Below are positions 28,927 to 37,391 of a DNA stretch of 64,000 bases, one piece after another. The stretch's first letter is position 1, and each line of letters starts with the position of its first letter. A program made the position numbers and the translations under genes. The notes under the pieces were generated by a model that saw only the letters and a program-made list of their open reading frames with translations, was not told the DNA's origin and ran no database searches. This DNA comes from Clostridiales bacterium (GTDB lineage Bacteria > Bacillota > Clostridia > Lachnospirales > Lachnospiraceae), in assembly GCA_020860565.1 (NCBI GenBank), contig JAJBUA010000028.1, positions 21,566 to 85,565 of the forward strand. Direction: 5' to 3'.

Positions 28927-29114
28927 CACTGGAGTTGGTAATCAGCATGAACGCGGAAGGCTCCCTGCGCCTCATTTTTCAAAATCATGGCAATGAGATC
29001 GGTTCCGCCGCTCGAGGCGCCGATATTAAACAGCAAAGCGGAACCTACCGCCGGCAGGAAAACCGCAAAAAACAACTCCAGCAACGGTTCCTCTGTGATC
29101 GGCCTGCTTCGTCT
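28927..29114 (-). pseudogene. Remnant of a YitT-family membrane protein gene
   Basis: The minus-strand frame reads ..RRSRPITEEPLLELFFAVFLPAVGSALLFNIGASSGGTDLIAMILKNEAQGAFRVHADYQLQ*. It contains the YitT-like GGTDLIAMIL motif, has no start codon, and covers only about 60 codons. Confidence 0.5.
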
Positions 29115-29270
29115 GTGTCCGCTGTAACATCATTGTTACCCTGTATGCATAATTCGACAAGAGTGTTTGTTCCTGTCAGCCTAACTATGACGCTGCCAAT
29201 CCAAAATTTCCACCATCATTTTTACTGATTCTTCTACAATATCCATATTGTTCTGCGGGCAGATTTATCC

Positions 29271-30422
29271 TCATCCTCCAATCGCCCCCAGGAGCGCTCG
29301 CAGGGAAAACCGCATATCGCGGGTCAGGGCGTCTTCCAGCATCCCACGATTCTCATCTGCATGCTCAACCTCTCTGGAAAATTTGTGCGCGATATCAACA
29401 ATCTCCTCATGAGAAAGCACTTCCCCCTGTTCCTGCCACACAGCCTGGCACATATCCTCGATCAGCAGGGTACAGGCGACTGCCAGCTTCATTTTTCCAT
29501 AAGGGTTCTCATCGTATACGGCTCCGTTAAAATACGCAAACACCCAGTACACCATCAGCTGTTCTCTGAGGTGCGGCAGCCCTGCTCCGATATCGCTCTC
29601 TAAAAACCGCTGTCGCTGATCCTCATAGCTCCCCGCTCCATTCTCATAGAGCGCTGCACGCATCCGGCTCCGCTCGGCCGGCCATTCCGGCTTTAATTCC
29701 GCCATCCGTTCCATTACCCCATAAAGCGCCTTCATCGTCTCATAACGGCTTTCCCGCTCCAGCCCGCAGCGGGCCATCTTTTCTGCAAAACGTTCCTCCC
29801 GATCCGACCTGCGGTAACGCTTCAGAAGTTCATCTGTCTCATACAGTTTTTCCTCCCGGATCCGTCTCTGCAGATCATGTGCCAGAGAAAGGCACAGTCC
29901 CATCCGTATCCGATCGTCAGCCGTCCGCTTCTGCAGGATCTCCATGACCAGATCCCGCGTATCTGCTAACTTGGTATAAAGGAAGAAGTCGAAATCCTCA
30001 TATTCCTCCTCCCGGTCTGTTCCCTTTGACAGGAAACGCACCGGTTCTTCGGTTCCCAGAATGATCCGCGCCGCCTCGATGCAGGAAAGGCACAGCGATA
30101 CCTCCCTGACGCCCTCAAATTCTTCGATATGTCTCGGATATACCCGGCATGTCCGGCAAAAACCATCTTCACCAAGTTCCGTATACAGATCACAAAGCCC
30201 CTCTTCATTCAAGAACTCACAGCGGCCCTCATACTGACGAAAGGCATGCCTCCTCCAGTCAACCGAATTATGCAGACGATTGCCGAGCGGTCCGGAAACA
30301 TTTTTGTATCGTTCCAGAGATTTCCGGTCGATCATGATCTCCCAGCCCGCGCAGCAGGTGTCCGGACAATCCGACGCAATGCAATGAAACTTCTTATAAT
30401 AATGAGGATATACATACAACAT
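29271..30422 (-). CDS. Cys-rich FliB/YkgJ-like protein (annotated in this family as flagellin lysine-N-methylase)
   Basis: N-terminus MLYVYPHYYKKFHCIASDCPDTCCAGWEIMID (C-x5-C-x3-CC). I place the start at 30422 after GGGAGG; the track ORF extends to 30452. Confidence 0.7.
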   Translation of the reverse strand: MLYVYPHYYKKFHCIASDCPDTCCAGWEIMIDRKSLERYKNVSGPLGNRLHNSVDWRRHAFRQYEGRCEFLNEEGLCDLYTELGEDGFCRTCRVYPRHIEEFEGVREVSLCLSCIEAARIILGTEEPVRFLSKGTDREEEYEDFDFFLYTKLADTRDLVMEILQKRTADDRIRMGLCLSLAHDLQRRIREEKLYETDELLKRYRRSDREERFAEKMARCGLERESRYETMKALYGVMERMAELKPEWPAERSRMRAALYENGAGSYEDQRQRFLESDIGAGLPHLREQLMVYWVFAYFNGAVYDENPYGKMKLAVACTLLIEDMCQAVWQEQGEVLSHEEIVDIAHKFSREVEHADENRGMLEDALTRDMRFSLRALLGAIGG

Positions 30423-30657
30423 ATCATTTCCTCCCTGGTGTTTTACCAACATTCATGCCGTCATATCATACTGACTATAAAATCTGCTTTTTATAATCCG
30501 TAACGAACCATACCATTAAATCCAGACTTCGTCAATCATCTCCTTTCCTCAATCTCAAAAATATGCTACAATGAGCGCAGGCGAGGAAAGAACATATAAC
30601 AATAACAAACACTTTTCTGTCATGCACCATATTTTTCATTCATTTACAGGAGTTGCC

Positions 30658-33048
30658 ATGAATCAAAAATCTCTGACTATATTAGAATATGATAAAATCA
30701 TCGCCCGTCTCACGGATTATGCCGCGTCAGAGCCTGGCAAGAAGCTCTGCCGTGAGCTGGAGCCGGAGACAGACCTTGCCGCGATTCGTCTCGCACAGGC
30801 ACAGACCAGCGACGCCTGCTCCCGTGTCCGCCTGAAGGGCGGAATCTCTTTTGCGGGAGTCCGCGATATCCGTGATTCCGCCAAGCGTCTGGAGATCGGA
30901 AGCTCTCTCAGCATTACGGAGCTTCTCTCCGTCAGCGGGCTGCTTACGGCTGCCGCCAGAGTGAAAGCCTATGGGCGCAGGGAAGAAACGGACACGGTGC
31001 CGGATGATTCTCTGGACGAAATGTTCCGCGGCCTGGAACCGCTCACCCCGGTTAATAACGAGATCAAACGCTGTATCCTCTCGGAAGATGAAATCGCAGA
31101 CGACGCAAGTCCCGGACTGCAAAAGGTGCGCCGTTCGATGAAGACCATCCAGGGACGCGTCCACACCCAGCTGAACAGTGTCTTAAACTCCTGCCGGACT
31201 TATCTGCAGGATGGTGTGATCACCATGCGTGACGGACGTTACTGCCTGCCGGTCAAAGCAGAGTCCAAAAATCAGGTACCCGGCATGGTTCACGACCAGT
31301 CCTCGACCGGATCCACGCTCTTTATTGAGCCTATGTCCGTCGTCCAGCTCAATAACGAGTTACGCCAGCTGGAGATTCAGGAGCAAAAGGAAATCGAATT
31401 TGTCCTTACGGATCTGAGCTGCCAGCTCATTCCTTACACGGAAGCTCTGACCTCTGATCAGGCAATCCTCTCTCATCTGGATTTTGTCTTTGCCAAGGCC
31501 GCCTTTTCCCGACATTACAAGGGCAGCGAACCGGAGTTCAATGAGGATGGGATCATCCATATCAAGGACGCCCGCCATCCGCTGCTTGATCCGCGTACTG
31601 TCGTCCCGATCACCGTATGGCTGGGAACGGATTTTAACCTCTTAATTATCACAGGACCAAATACCGGCGGCAAGACCGTTTCCTTAAAAACCGTCGGACT
31701 CCTCACGCTGATGGGGCAGGCCGGCCTGCATATTCCCGCGTTTGAGGGCTCAAAACTCGCCGTATTTAACGAAGTCTTTGCTGATATCGGAGATGAGCAG
31801 AGTATTGAACAGAGTCTCAGCACATTTTCTGCGCATATGACGAATATCATCCACATTCTCGGCAAAGCGGACTCCCATTCGCTGTGTCTGTTTGACGAGC
31901 TTTGTTCCGGAACCGATCCGACCGAGGGCGCGGCGTTAGCCATCGCCATCTTAAACTTCCTGCACAATCTGCAGTGCCGGGTCATGGCGACAACGCATTA
32001 CAGCGAACTGAAGCTCTACGCGCTGAGTACCGAGGGCGTACAGAACGCGAGCTGTGAATTTAACGTACAGACACTCCAGCCGACCTACCGCCTGCTGATC
32101 GGGCTGCCCGGCAAAAGCAACGCCTTTGCAATCTCTCAGAAGCTCGGACTGCCGGACTACATCATCGATGACGCCAGGAGCCGCATCGAATCCGAAGATG
32201 AGACCTTCGAAGACATTATCAGCCATCTGGAGGAAAGCCGCCTGACGATCGAACGGGAACAAACCGAGATCCAGTCCTACCGTCAGGAGATCGCCCGGCT
32301 GAAAAAGCGTCTGGAGCAAAAGGAAGAACGCTTCGACGAACACAAGGATAAGATCATCCGCAAAGCCAACGAAGAAGCGCAGAGCATCCTGCGGGAAGCA
32401 AAAGAAACCGCTGACCAGACCATCAAAAATATCAACAAACTCGCTTCCTCCTCCGGCGTCAATACCAAAGCGCTGGAAGCAGAACGCACCCGGCTGCGGG
32501 AGAATCTCAAAAAGGTCGACAACAACCTGGCTGTCAAACAGGACACCCGTCCACACAAAGCAATCAATCCGAAAACCCTGAGACTGGGCACCGGAGTCCG
32601 CGTACTGTCGCTGAACCTCAACGGCACAGTCAGTACACTGCCGGACGCCAAAGGAAATCTCTTTGTCCAGATGGGTATTCTCCGTTCTCAGGTCAATATC
32701 AGCGATCTGGAACTGATCCCGGAAAACTCTGTCAGCGGCCCCGGCCTTGACAAACGGCGCAAGGGCAGCGAAAGCAGCGGTATCAAGATGTCCAAATCCG
32801 CCGGTATTTCCCCGGAGATCAACCTGCTCGGCATGACCGTCGATGAAGCGGTCTCCGTGCTGGATAAATATATGGACGACGCGATCATCGCCCATCTCGG
32901 ACAGGTCCGCGTCGTACACGGCAAAGGTACCGGAGCTCTGCGCGCCGGCATCCATAAACATCTGAAAAAGTGTAAACATGTAAAGGAATTTCACCTGGCT
33001 GAATACGGAGACGGCGACGCAGGCGTCACCATTGTTGTATTTAAGTAA
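30658..33048 (+). CDS. mutS2: Endonuclease MutS2
   Basis: Walker A GPNTGGKTVSLKT. C-terminal Smr domain (LLGMTVDEA...VRVVHGKGTGALR). Start at MNQKSLTILEYDKI after AGGAG; the track ORF starts at 30571. Confidence 0.95.
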   Translation: MNQKSLTILEYDKIIARLTDYAASEPGKKLCRELEPETDLAAIRLAQAQTSDACSRVRLKGGISFAGVRDIRDSAKRLEIGSSLSITELLSVSGLLTAAARVKAYGRREETDTVPDDSLDEMFRGLEPLTPVNNEIKRCILSEDEIADDASPGLQKVRRSMKTIQGRVHTQLNSVLNSCRTYLQDGVITMRDGRYCLPVKAESKNQVPGMVHDQSSTGSTLFIEPMSVVQLNNELRQLEIQEQKEIEFVLTDLSCQLIPYTEALTSDQAILSHLDFVFAKAAFSRHYKGSEPEFNEDGIIHIKDARHPLLDPRTVVPITVWLGTDFNLLIITGPNTGGKTVSLKTVGLLTLMGQAGLHIPAFEGSKLAVFNEVFADIGDEQSIEQSLSTFSAHMTNIIHILGKADSHSLCLFDELCSGTDPTEGAALAIAILNFLHNLQCRVMATTHYSELKLYALSTEGVQNASCEFNVQTLQPTYRLLIGLPGKSNAFAISQKLGLPDYIIDDARSRIESEDETFEDIISHLEESRLTIEREQTEIQSYRQEIARLKKRLEQKEERFDEHKDKIIRKANEEAQSILREAKETADQTIKNINKLASSSGVNTKALEAERTRLRENLKKVDNNLAVKQDTRPHKAINPKTLRLGTGVRVLSLNLNGTVSTLPDAKGNLFVQMGILRSQVNISDLELIPENSVSGPGLDKRRKGSESSGIKMSKSAGISPEINLLGMTVDEAVSVLDKYMDDAIIAHLGQVRVVHGKGTGALRAGIHKHLKKCKHVKEFHLAEYGDGDAGVTIVVFK

Positions 33049-33092
33049 ACACGGCAGTTTCACAGATCGATTTCATAAATCAGGAGAAGGAT

Positions 33093-33809
33093 ATGGCAGA
33101 AAAACAAAGAATTTTAATTGTAGATGATGATGAGAATATCGCGGAGCTGATTTCTCTCTATCTGACAAAAGAATGCTATGAGACCCAAATCGAATATGAC
33201 GGGGAGGCTGCTCTAAAAGCTGTCCCCACATTTCACCCGCACCTGATCCTGCTGGATCTGATGCTTCCCGGCATCGACGGATATCAGGTTTGCCGGGAAG
33301 TACGCAAAAACTCCCAGATACCGATTATCATGCTGTCCGCCAAAGGCGAAGTCTTTGACAAGGTTCTGGGGCTCGAACTCGGAGCGGATGACTATGTCAT
33401 CAAACCGTTTGATTCCAAAGAGCTCGTTGCCCGCGTCAAGGCGGTTCTGCGGCGCTATCAGCAACAGCCTGCCGCTGCTCCCGGCACTGCCGCCAGCCTT
33501 GAACCACAGGGCAAATATGTAAAGTACCCGGATCTGATTGTTAACCTGACAAACTACTCCGTCACCTACAAGGGGCGCACGGTCGATATGCCTCCCAAGG
33601 AACTGGAACTGCTTTATTTTCTGGCTTCTTCACCCAATCAGGTCTTTACCAGGGAACAGCTCCTCGACCATATCTGGGGCTATGAATATATCGGCGATAC
33701 CCGGACCGTTGACGTACATATCAAGCGCCTGCGCGAGAAAATCAAGGATCATGAGCACTGGGCCATTAGTACGGTCTGGGGAATCGGGTATAAATTTGAA
33801 GTCCGGTAG
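33093..33809 (+). CDS. OmpR-family response regulator (no kinase gene downstream)
   Basis: ILIVDDDE, LILLDLMLPGIDG, IIMLSAKG; winged helix TVWGIGYKFEV. Confidence 0.95.
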   Translation: MAEKQRILIVDDDENIAELISLYLTKECYETQIEYDGEAALKAVPTFHPHLILLDLMLPGIDGYQVCREVRKNSQIPIIMLSAKGEVFDKVLGLELGADDYVIKPFDSKELVARVKAVLRRYQQQPAAAPGTAASLEPQGKYVKYPDLIVNLTNYSVTYKGRTVDMPPKELELLYFLASSPNQVFTREQLLDHIWGYEYIGDTRTVDVHIKRLREKIKDHEHWAISTVWGIGYKFEVR

Positions 33810-33831
33810 CTGCTTTATATGCAAGGAGTCC

Positions 33832-33969
33832 GTCTCTGCGGGGGAAGAATATCCTCCGAGGACCGCTTGCGCTTAAGTTTTCACGTAGCGGTACTAAGCT
33901 CGCAAAAACCTGCTCGCTAAGTGCCGACGTGAAAAATGTCCTCTGCGGATATTCTTCCCCCGCAGAGAC
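33832..33969 (+). repeat. Extended-hairpin repeat element, copy A (candidate structured RNA or palindromic element)
   Basis: A 23-bp perfect basal stem, GTCTCTGCGGGGGAAGAATATCC / GGATATTCTTCCCCCGCAGAGAC, encloses a conserved core shared with copy B. The strand call rests only on one T-G pair. Confidence 0.85.
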
Positions 33970-33983
33970 TATTTTATTGGCAT

Positions 33984-34034
33984 ATATAAAATGGCATCTT
34001 CCAACGCTTTCATCTACCGTTGAAAGATGCCATT
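33984..34034 (-). terminator. Intrinsic terminator for the cell-wall-binding protein/kinase operon
   Basis: Stem AATGGCATCTT / AAGATGCCATT (11 bp) plus an inner CAACG/CGTTG. On the minus strand it is followed by TTTTATATAT. Confidence 0.55.
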
Positions 34035-34091
34035 CTCAATTTTATATTTCTTTTACCTGTTTCTGTAATTCTTCGCTATTTATATGCCTCT

Positions 34092-35021
34092 CTACTGCAC
34101 CCATACCCCGTCCGAACCGACATAATACCCGTCTGGCGTATAGGTATCGCCCAGCAGCGCTCCGTCTTCTCCACAATAATACCATTTATTATCCCAGTAG
34201 ATCCAGCCGTAGCGCCGGTATCCGTCGGAATTAAAGCAGTAATATTTTCCATCGATACACTGCCAGCAATTCTTAGGATAGGTTCCGTCTGCGTACTGAT
34301 ACCACCAGCCATATCCATCCTGGCACCAGTGATTTCCTCCGTAGGTTGCCGCTCCTACCGTCGAATTGCCATACGTTACGACTCCTACACCCTGTTCGAC
34401 GACTCCGCTGGTCGATGACGAAGAACTGGCTCCGCCGGGTCCGTAAGAATAACTGTACGAGTAGCTTCCCGTCACTCCCGGACCATGATTGACGTCTGCC
34501 GTACCGCTGCTGTAATCATCATCATCGTCGTAATCGTCCCGGATATCTCTCGCTTCCGATGACGACACATACCACAGATCCGAACTCACCCAGTCGCTGA
34601 CCACCGAATTCTGCCCCACTCCCCTTACCTCAAAATGATAATCTCCGGAAGTTGTAAAATAATTGCCAAATTCATAATAGGTTTCCTTGGTCGTCTTTGT
34701 CGCCCTGCAGCTGCTGCCCCGATACAGCTTAACCTCATATTTATACGCATATGAATTCTTATCCCAGCGGGCTGTTCCGCTCGATTCGTTCCAGCGAAGG
34801 CCGGTCACCACCAGATCATCCTCCGTCACATCCGAAGAGTCCGTCGCCGCCCAGGCAATAACCGGCAGCGACGCCATCGGAGTCAGGGACAGTATCACCA
34901 CAGCCGCTGCTGTCACTGCCAGCTTTACTGCTGCACCCAGGCACATTCCTTTATAATTTTTACTTTCTTTTTTCCCTGTCATCATCTCTGCGTACCTCAT
35001 ATCTGACTCCTTTCTTCTCAT
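34092..35021 (-). CDS. Secreted cell-wall-binding repeat protein
   Basis: Signal peptide ending PVIAWA/ATD and an acidic DYDDDDDY linker. C-terminal choline-binding-type repeats (GWWYQYADGTY, GKYYCFNSDGY, GWIYWDNKWYYCGEDGALL). Confidence 0.8.
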   Translation of the reverse strand: MRRKESDMRYAEMMTGKKESKNYKGMCLGAAVKLAVTAAAVVILSLTPMASLPVIAWAATDSSDVTEDDLVVTGLRWNESSGTARWDKNSYAYKYEVKLYRGSSCRATKTTKETYYEFGNYFTTSGDYHFEVRGVGQNSVVSDWVSSDLWYVSSSEARDIRDDYDDDDDYSSGTADVNHGPGVTGSYSYSYSYGPGGASSSSSTSGVVEQGVGVVTYGNSTVGAATYGGNHWCQDGYGWWYQYADGTYPKNCWQCIDGKYYCFNSDGYRRYGWIYWDNKWYYCGEDGALLGDTYTPDGYYVGSDGVWVQ

Positions 35022-35053
35022 GCGCAGGGACGCGAAAGGAAGTTCACTTCCTG

Positions 35054-36460
35054 CTATCGCTCAACCGCGCGCGGCAGCGTAAAGATAAATTCTGTTCCCA
35101 CATCTTTCGTACTGATCACGTCGATCGTTTCTTCATGCGCCTGAATAATCTCTTTTACGATCGCCAGGCCCAATCCGGTTCCCTTTTTATCCTTTCCCCG
35201 GGAGCTGTCCGTCTTATAGAAACGATCCCATATTTTCTTGATACTTTCTTTGGGAATGCCGATGCCGGTGTCTTTTACGGAGACATAAATCTTTCCGGAT
35301 CTCATATAAGACTGAATAAAAATGGTCGCCCCCTGGTGACTGAATTTGATTGCATTGTCAATTAGATTATACAACACCTGCTGAATTTTTCCAAGATCTG
35401 CATAAACCATTTCAATATTGTCAGAAAATGTTAAGTCAAACGTAATATCTTTCTCCATGCAAGTGACCTCAAAGGAAGCCGCCGTATCCTTGATTACACG
35501 GTTAATATCAAAATTGCTCCGGTTCAGATATCCCTTACTTTCCATCGAATTGAGTGTCAGCAGATCCTGCGTCAGTTTATTCAGCCTCTCGGTCTCCGAA
35601 ATGACCCTGCGCAGATATTTTTCCTGCATCTCAGGTGCGATCGTCCCGTCCAGAATCGCTTCCAGATAGCCTTTGATTGACGTGAGCGGCGATCGGAAAT
35701 CATGGGAAACATTCGCGACAAACGCACGCTGATATTCCTCCATCTTATTCAGTTCATCCGACATATAATTTAACGTCGCCGCCAGATACCCCATCTCATC
35801 GTGGGTATCCGCCTGAATCTGATAATCCAGATTGCCGGCCGCATACTGCTTCGCTCCCTCTGTGATCCGCAGCAACGGCAGATAAACCGTCGTTGTAAAA
35901 ATAATCAGAATGATCAGCGACAGGATAAAGATCACCAGCCCGCAGATATAAAAGAGGTTCAGATTATAATACCCTCTTGTGACCGCTTCTGACATCGGCA
36001 GATGGATCACCACATATCCGTAAGTATTGTAATTACCGGTAATCGGCGCGGATGCACTGATCACTTCTTCCGCAAACTGGCCAAAGTAATCCCCGATCAT
36101 ATAATGCTGATTGCCCATCGCGGCCGGATCAAAATTCTCAATCTGGATCCCGGTCTCACCGGGCTCACTGCTTTTGGTTACAATCACTCCGTAGCGATTG
36201 ACGATCCAGATGTCCGCGTTCAGATATCCGGCAATCGCTTCAATCCCGGAATAAACCATACTGGAGTCCTGCCGTTTTCCCTGATACAGGCTGCTGAACT
36301 CAGAGGCAATGGTATTCGCCTCATCGTACAGGGACTCCGCCTGCACGCTTACCTCCTGATCCTGCAGAACCTGTGCGAAAACAGTTGAGATTACGGCGAA
36401 TCCCAGAAGGCCGAAAATGAGATATCCTAAAAGGAATTTTATGTAAAGAGAATGTTTCAT
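35054..36460 (-). CDS. Sensor histidine kinase (no regulator gene adjacent on this strand)
   Basis: Two TMs flank an ~150-aa sensor domain, followed by HAMP. H-box VSHDFRSPLTSIKGY, N-box LIDNAIKFS, G-box GTGLGLAIVKEII. Confidence 0.9.
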   Translation of the reverse strand: MKHSLYIKFLLGYLIFGLLGFAVISTVFAQVLQDQEVSVQAESLYDEANTIASEFSSLYQGKRQDSSMVYSGIEAIAGYLNADIWIVNRYGVIVTKSSEPGETGIQIENFDPAAMGNQHYMIGDYFGQFAEEVISASAPITGNYNTYGYVVIHLPMSEAVTRGYYNLNLFYICGLVIFILSLIILIIFTTTVYLPLLRITEGAKQYAAGNLDYQIQADTHDEMGYLAATLNYMSDELNKMEEYQRAFVANVSHDFRSPLTSIKGYLEAILDGTIAPEMQEKYLRRVISETERLNKLTQDLLTLNSMESKGYLNRSNFDINRVIKDTAASFEVTCMEKDITFDLTFSDNIEMVYADLGKIQQVLYNLIDNAIKFSHQGATIFIQSYMRSGKIYVSVKDTGIGIPKESIKKIWDRFYKTDSSRGKDKKGTGLGLAIVKEIIQAHEETIDVISTKDVGTEFIFTLPRAVER

Positions 36461-36510
36461 AAGTCACCATGTCTGTGTCAGATTTATGAGAAGCTATGTT
36501 ATCAGTACCT

Positions 36511-36541
36511 CGTCCGTCCCTGAAAGGAGAGAATATCCTCC
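36511..36541 (+). repeat. Half copy (5' arm only) of the extended-hairpin repeat, copy C
   Basis: CGTCC-GTCCCTGAAAGGAGAGAATATCC-TCC matches the 5' flank, the 23-nt arm and the first 3 core nt of copies A and B. No complementary arm lies nearby. Confidence 0.7.
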
Positions 36542-36869
36542 CATTTATTAGTAGTATACATAATTTTCAGATTTCACGCAATCCCACACCGTAAGATATT
36601 ATCCTCGCGCTGCAATGTCAATCATGACCCCCACCAATTCGACTGTAAAAATTTTACTGACATTTTCTGACGTACTATCCAATAATCCCTCAGTAAAATC
36701 TTCTTGTCCTTGAGCATACTACTATCGTAATCATCGAGCAGAATGATTGTTCTCTGCTTGACGTACAGTGTGCGTCCGGCTGCAGCCAGATAACTGCCCG
36801 GTGCGTTCCTGCTCACGTAACTGCCGGTCTTTCCGGCAATTGCGACCCTACAAAGAAAGGAGAATCGCT

Positions 36870-37097
36870 ATGACTTCAACCTCAACCTGCGAATGCAGCG
36901 CCGCCCCCGCGTCCTGTGGCTGTGACGAGAAGCTTCCCGGCGTATCAGAAAGCGCCGGTCTGTGCCTCACGATCGCAACCGTCCCGATGCAGTTCTGGGA
37001 GACGCCCTATGACTGTGCCTGCGCGTTAAATCAAGGCACGATCTTTCCCTCTCTGGACAAACCATTTTTCAAAAATGGAGGTGATCGTCATGTCTAA
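36870..37097 (+). CDS. cotJA: Spore coat-associated protein CotJA
   Basis: ATVPMQFWETPYD...ALNQGTIFPSLDKPF motif. Start after AAAGGAGA; the track ORF starts at 36768. Confidence 0.85.
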   Translation: MTSTSTCECSAAPASCGCDEKLPGVSESAGLCLTIATVPMQFWETPYDCACALNQGTIFPSLDKPFFKNGGDRHV

Positions 37098-37389
37098 CCG
37101 TGTTCAATGCTTACAGGAAATCCAGGAGGCCGGATTTGAGATCGATGACCTGACCCTCTATCTGGACACCCATCCTCTGGATACCACCGCGCTGGAGTCT
37201 TTCAATAAAGCCCGCGAGCGGCGTTATGAACTTCTGAAAAATTATGCCAGAGACTATGAACCGCTCAATCTCTATCTCGTGGATCCGGCAAATAACAACG
37301 AAACGGAGAGTTACAGCAAGTATCTCGGCAAGGAACATTTTACCTGGACAGACGGACCTCTGCCCTGGGACAATCAGGGAGGTGTGTAA
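37090..37389 (+). CDS. cotJB: Spore coat protein CotJB
   Basis: LQEIQEAGFEIDDLTLYLDTHP... pattern. Start after GGAGGTGA; overlaps the cotJA end by 8 nt. Confidence 0.85.
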   Translation: MSNRVQCLQEIQEAGFEIDDLTLYLDTHPLDTTALESFNKARERRYELLKNYARDYEPLNLYLVDPANNNETESYSKYLGKEHFTWTDGPLPWDNQGGV

Positions 37390-37391
37390 TT

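Noticed and set aside
28935-29228. 97-aa plus-strand ORF.
   Set aside because: The opposite strand encodes a recognisable YitT-family fragment. The plus-strand translation has no motifs and no RBS.
31951-33063. 370-aa minus-strand ORF.
   Set aside because: It is entirely antisense to mutS2, whose Walker A and Smr motifs are unambiguous. The translation is a typical shadow ORF (Asp/Phe/Gln-rich, no motifs, no RBS).
33929-34234. 101-aa GTG-initiated ORF beginning inside hairpin copy A. The same first residues (MKNVLCGY) can be read in copy B.
   Set aside because: The shared N-terminus simply reflects nucleotide identity of the repeat core. The copy B version stops after 18 codons, and the copy A version continues antisense through the cell-wall-binding protein gene. 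There is no RBS.
36715-36722. CATACTAC upstream of cotJA as a sigma-E/sigma-K type -10 element.
   Set aside because: It is only a partial match to CATACA-T, has no convincing -35 partner at the right spacing, and lies ~150 nt from the start codon. That is too weak to call without transcript data.
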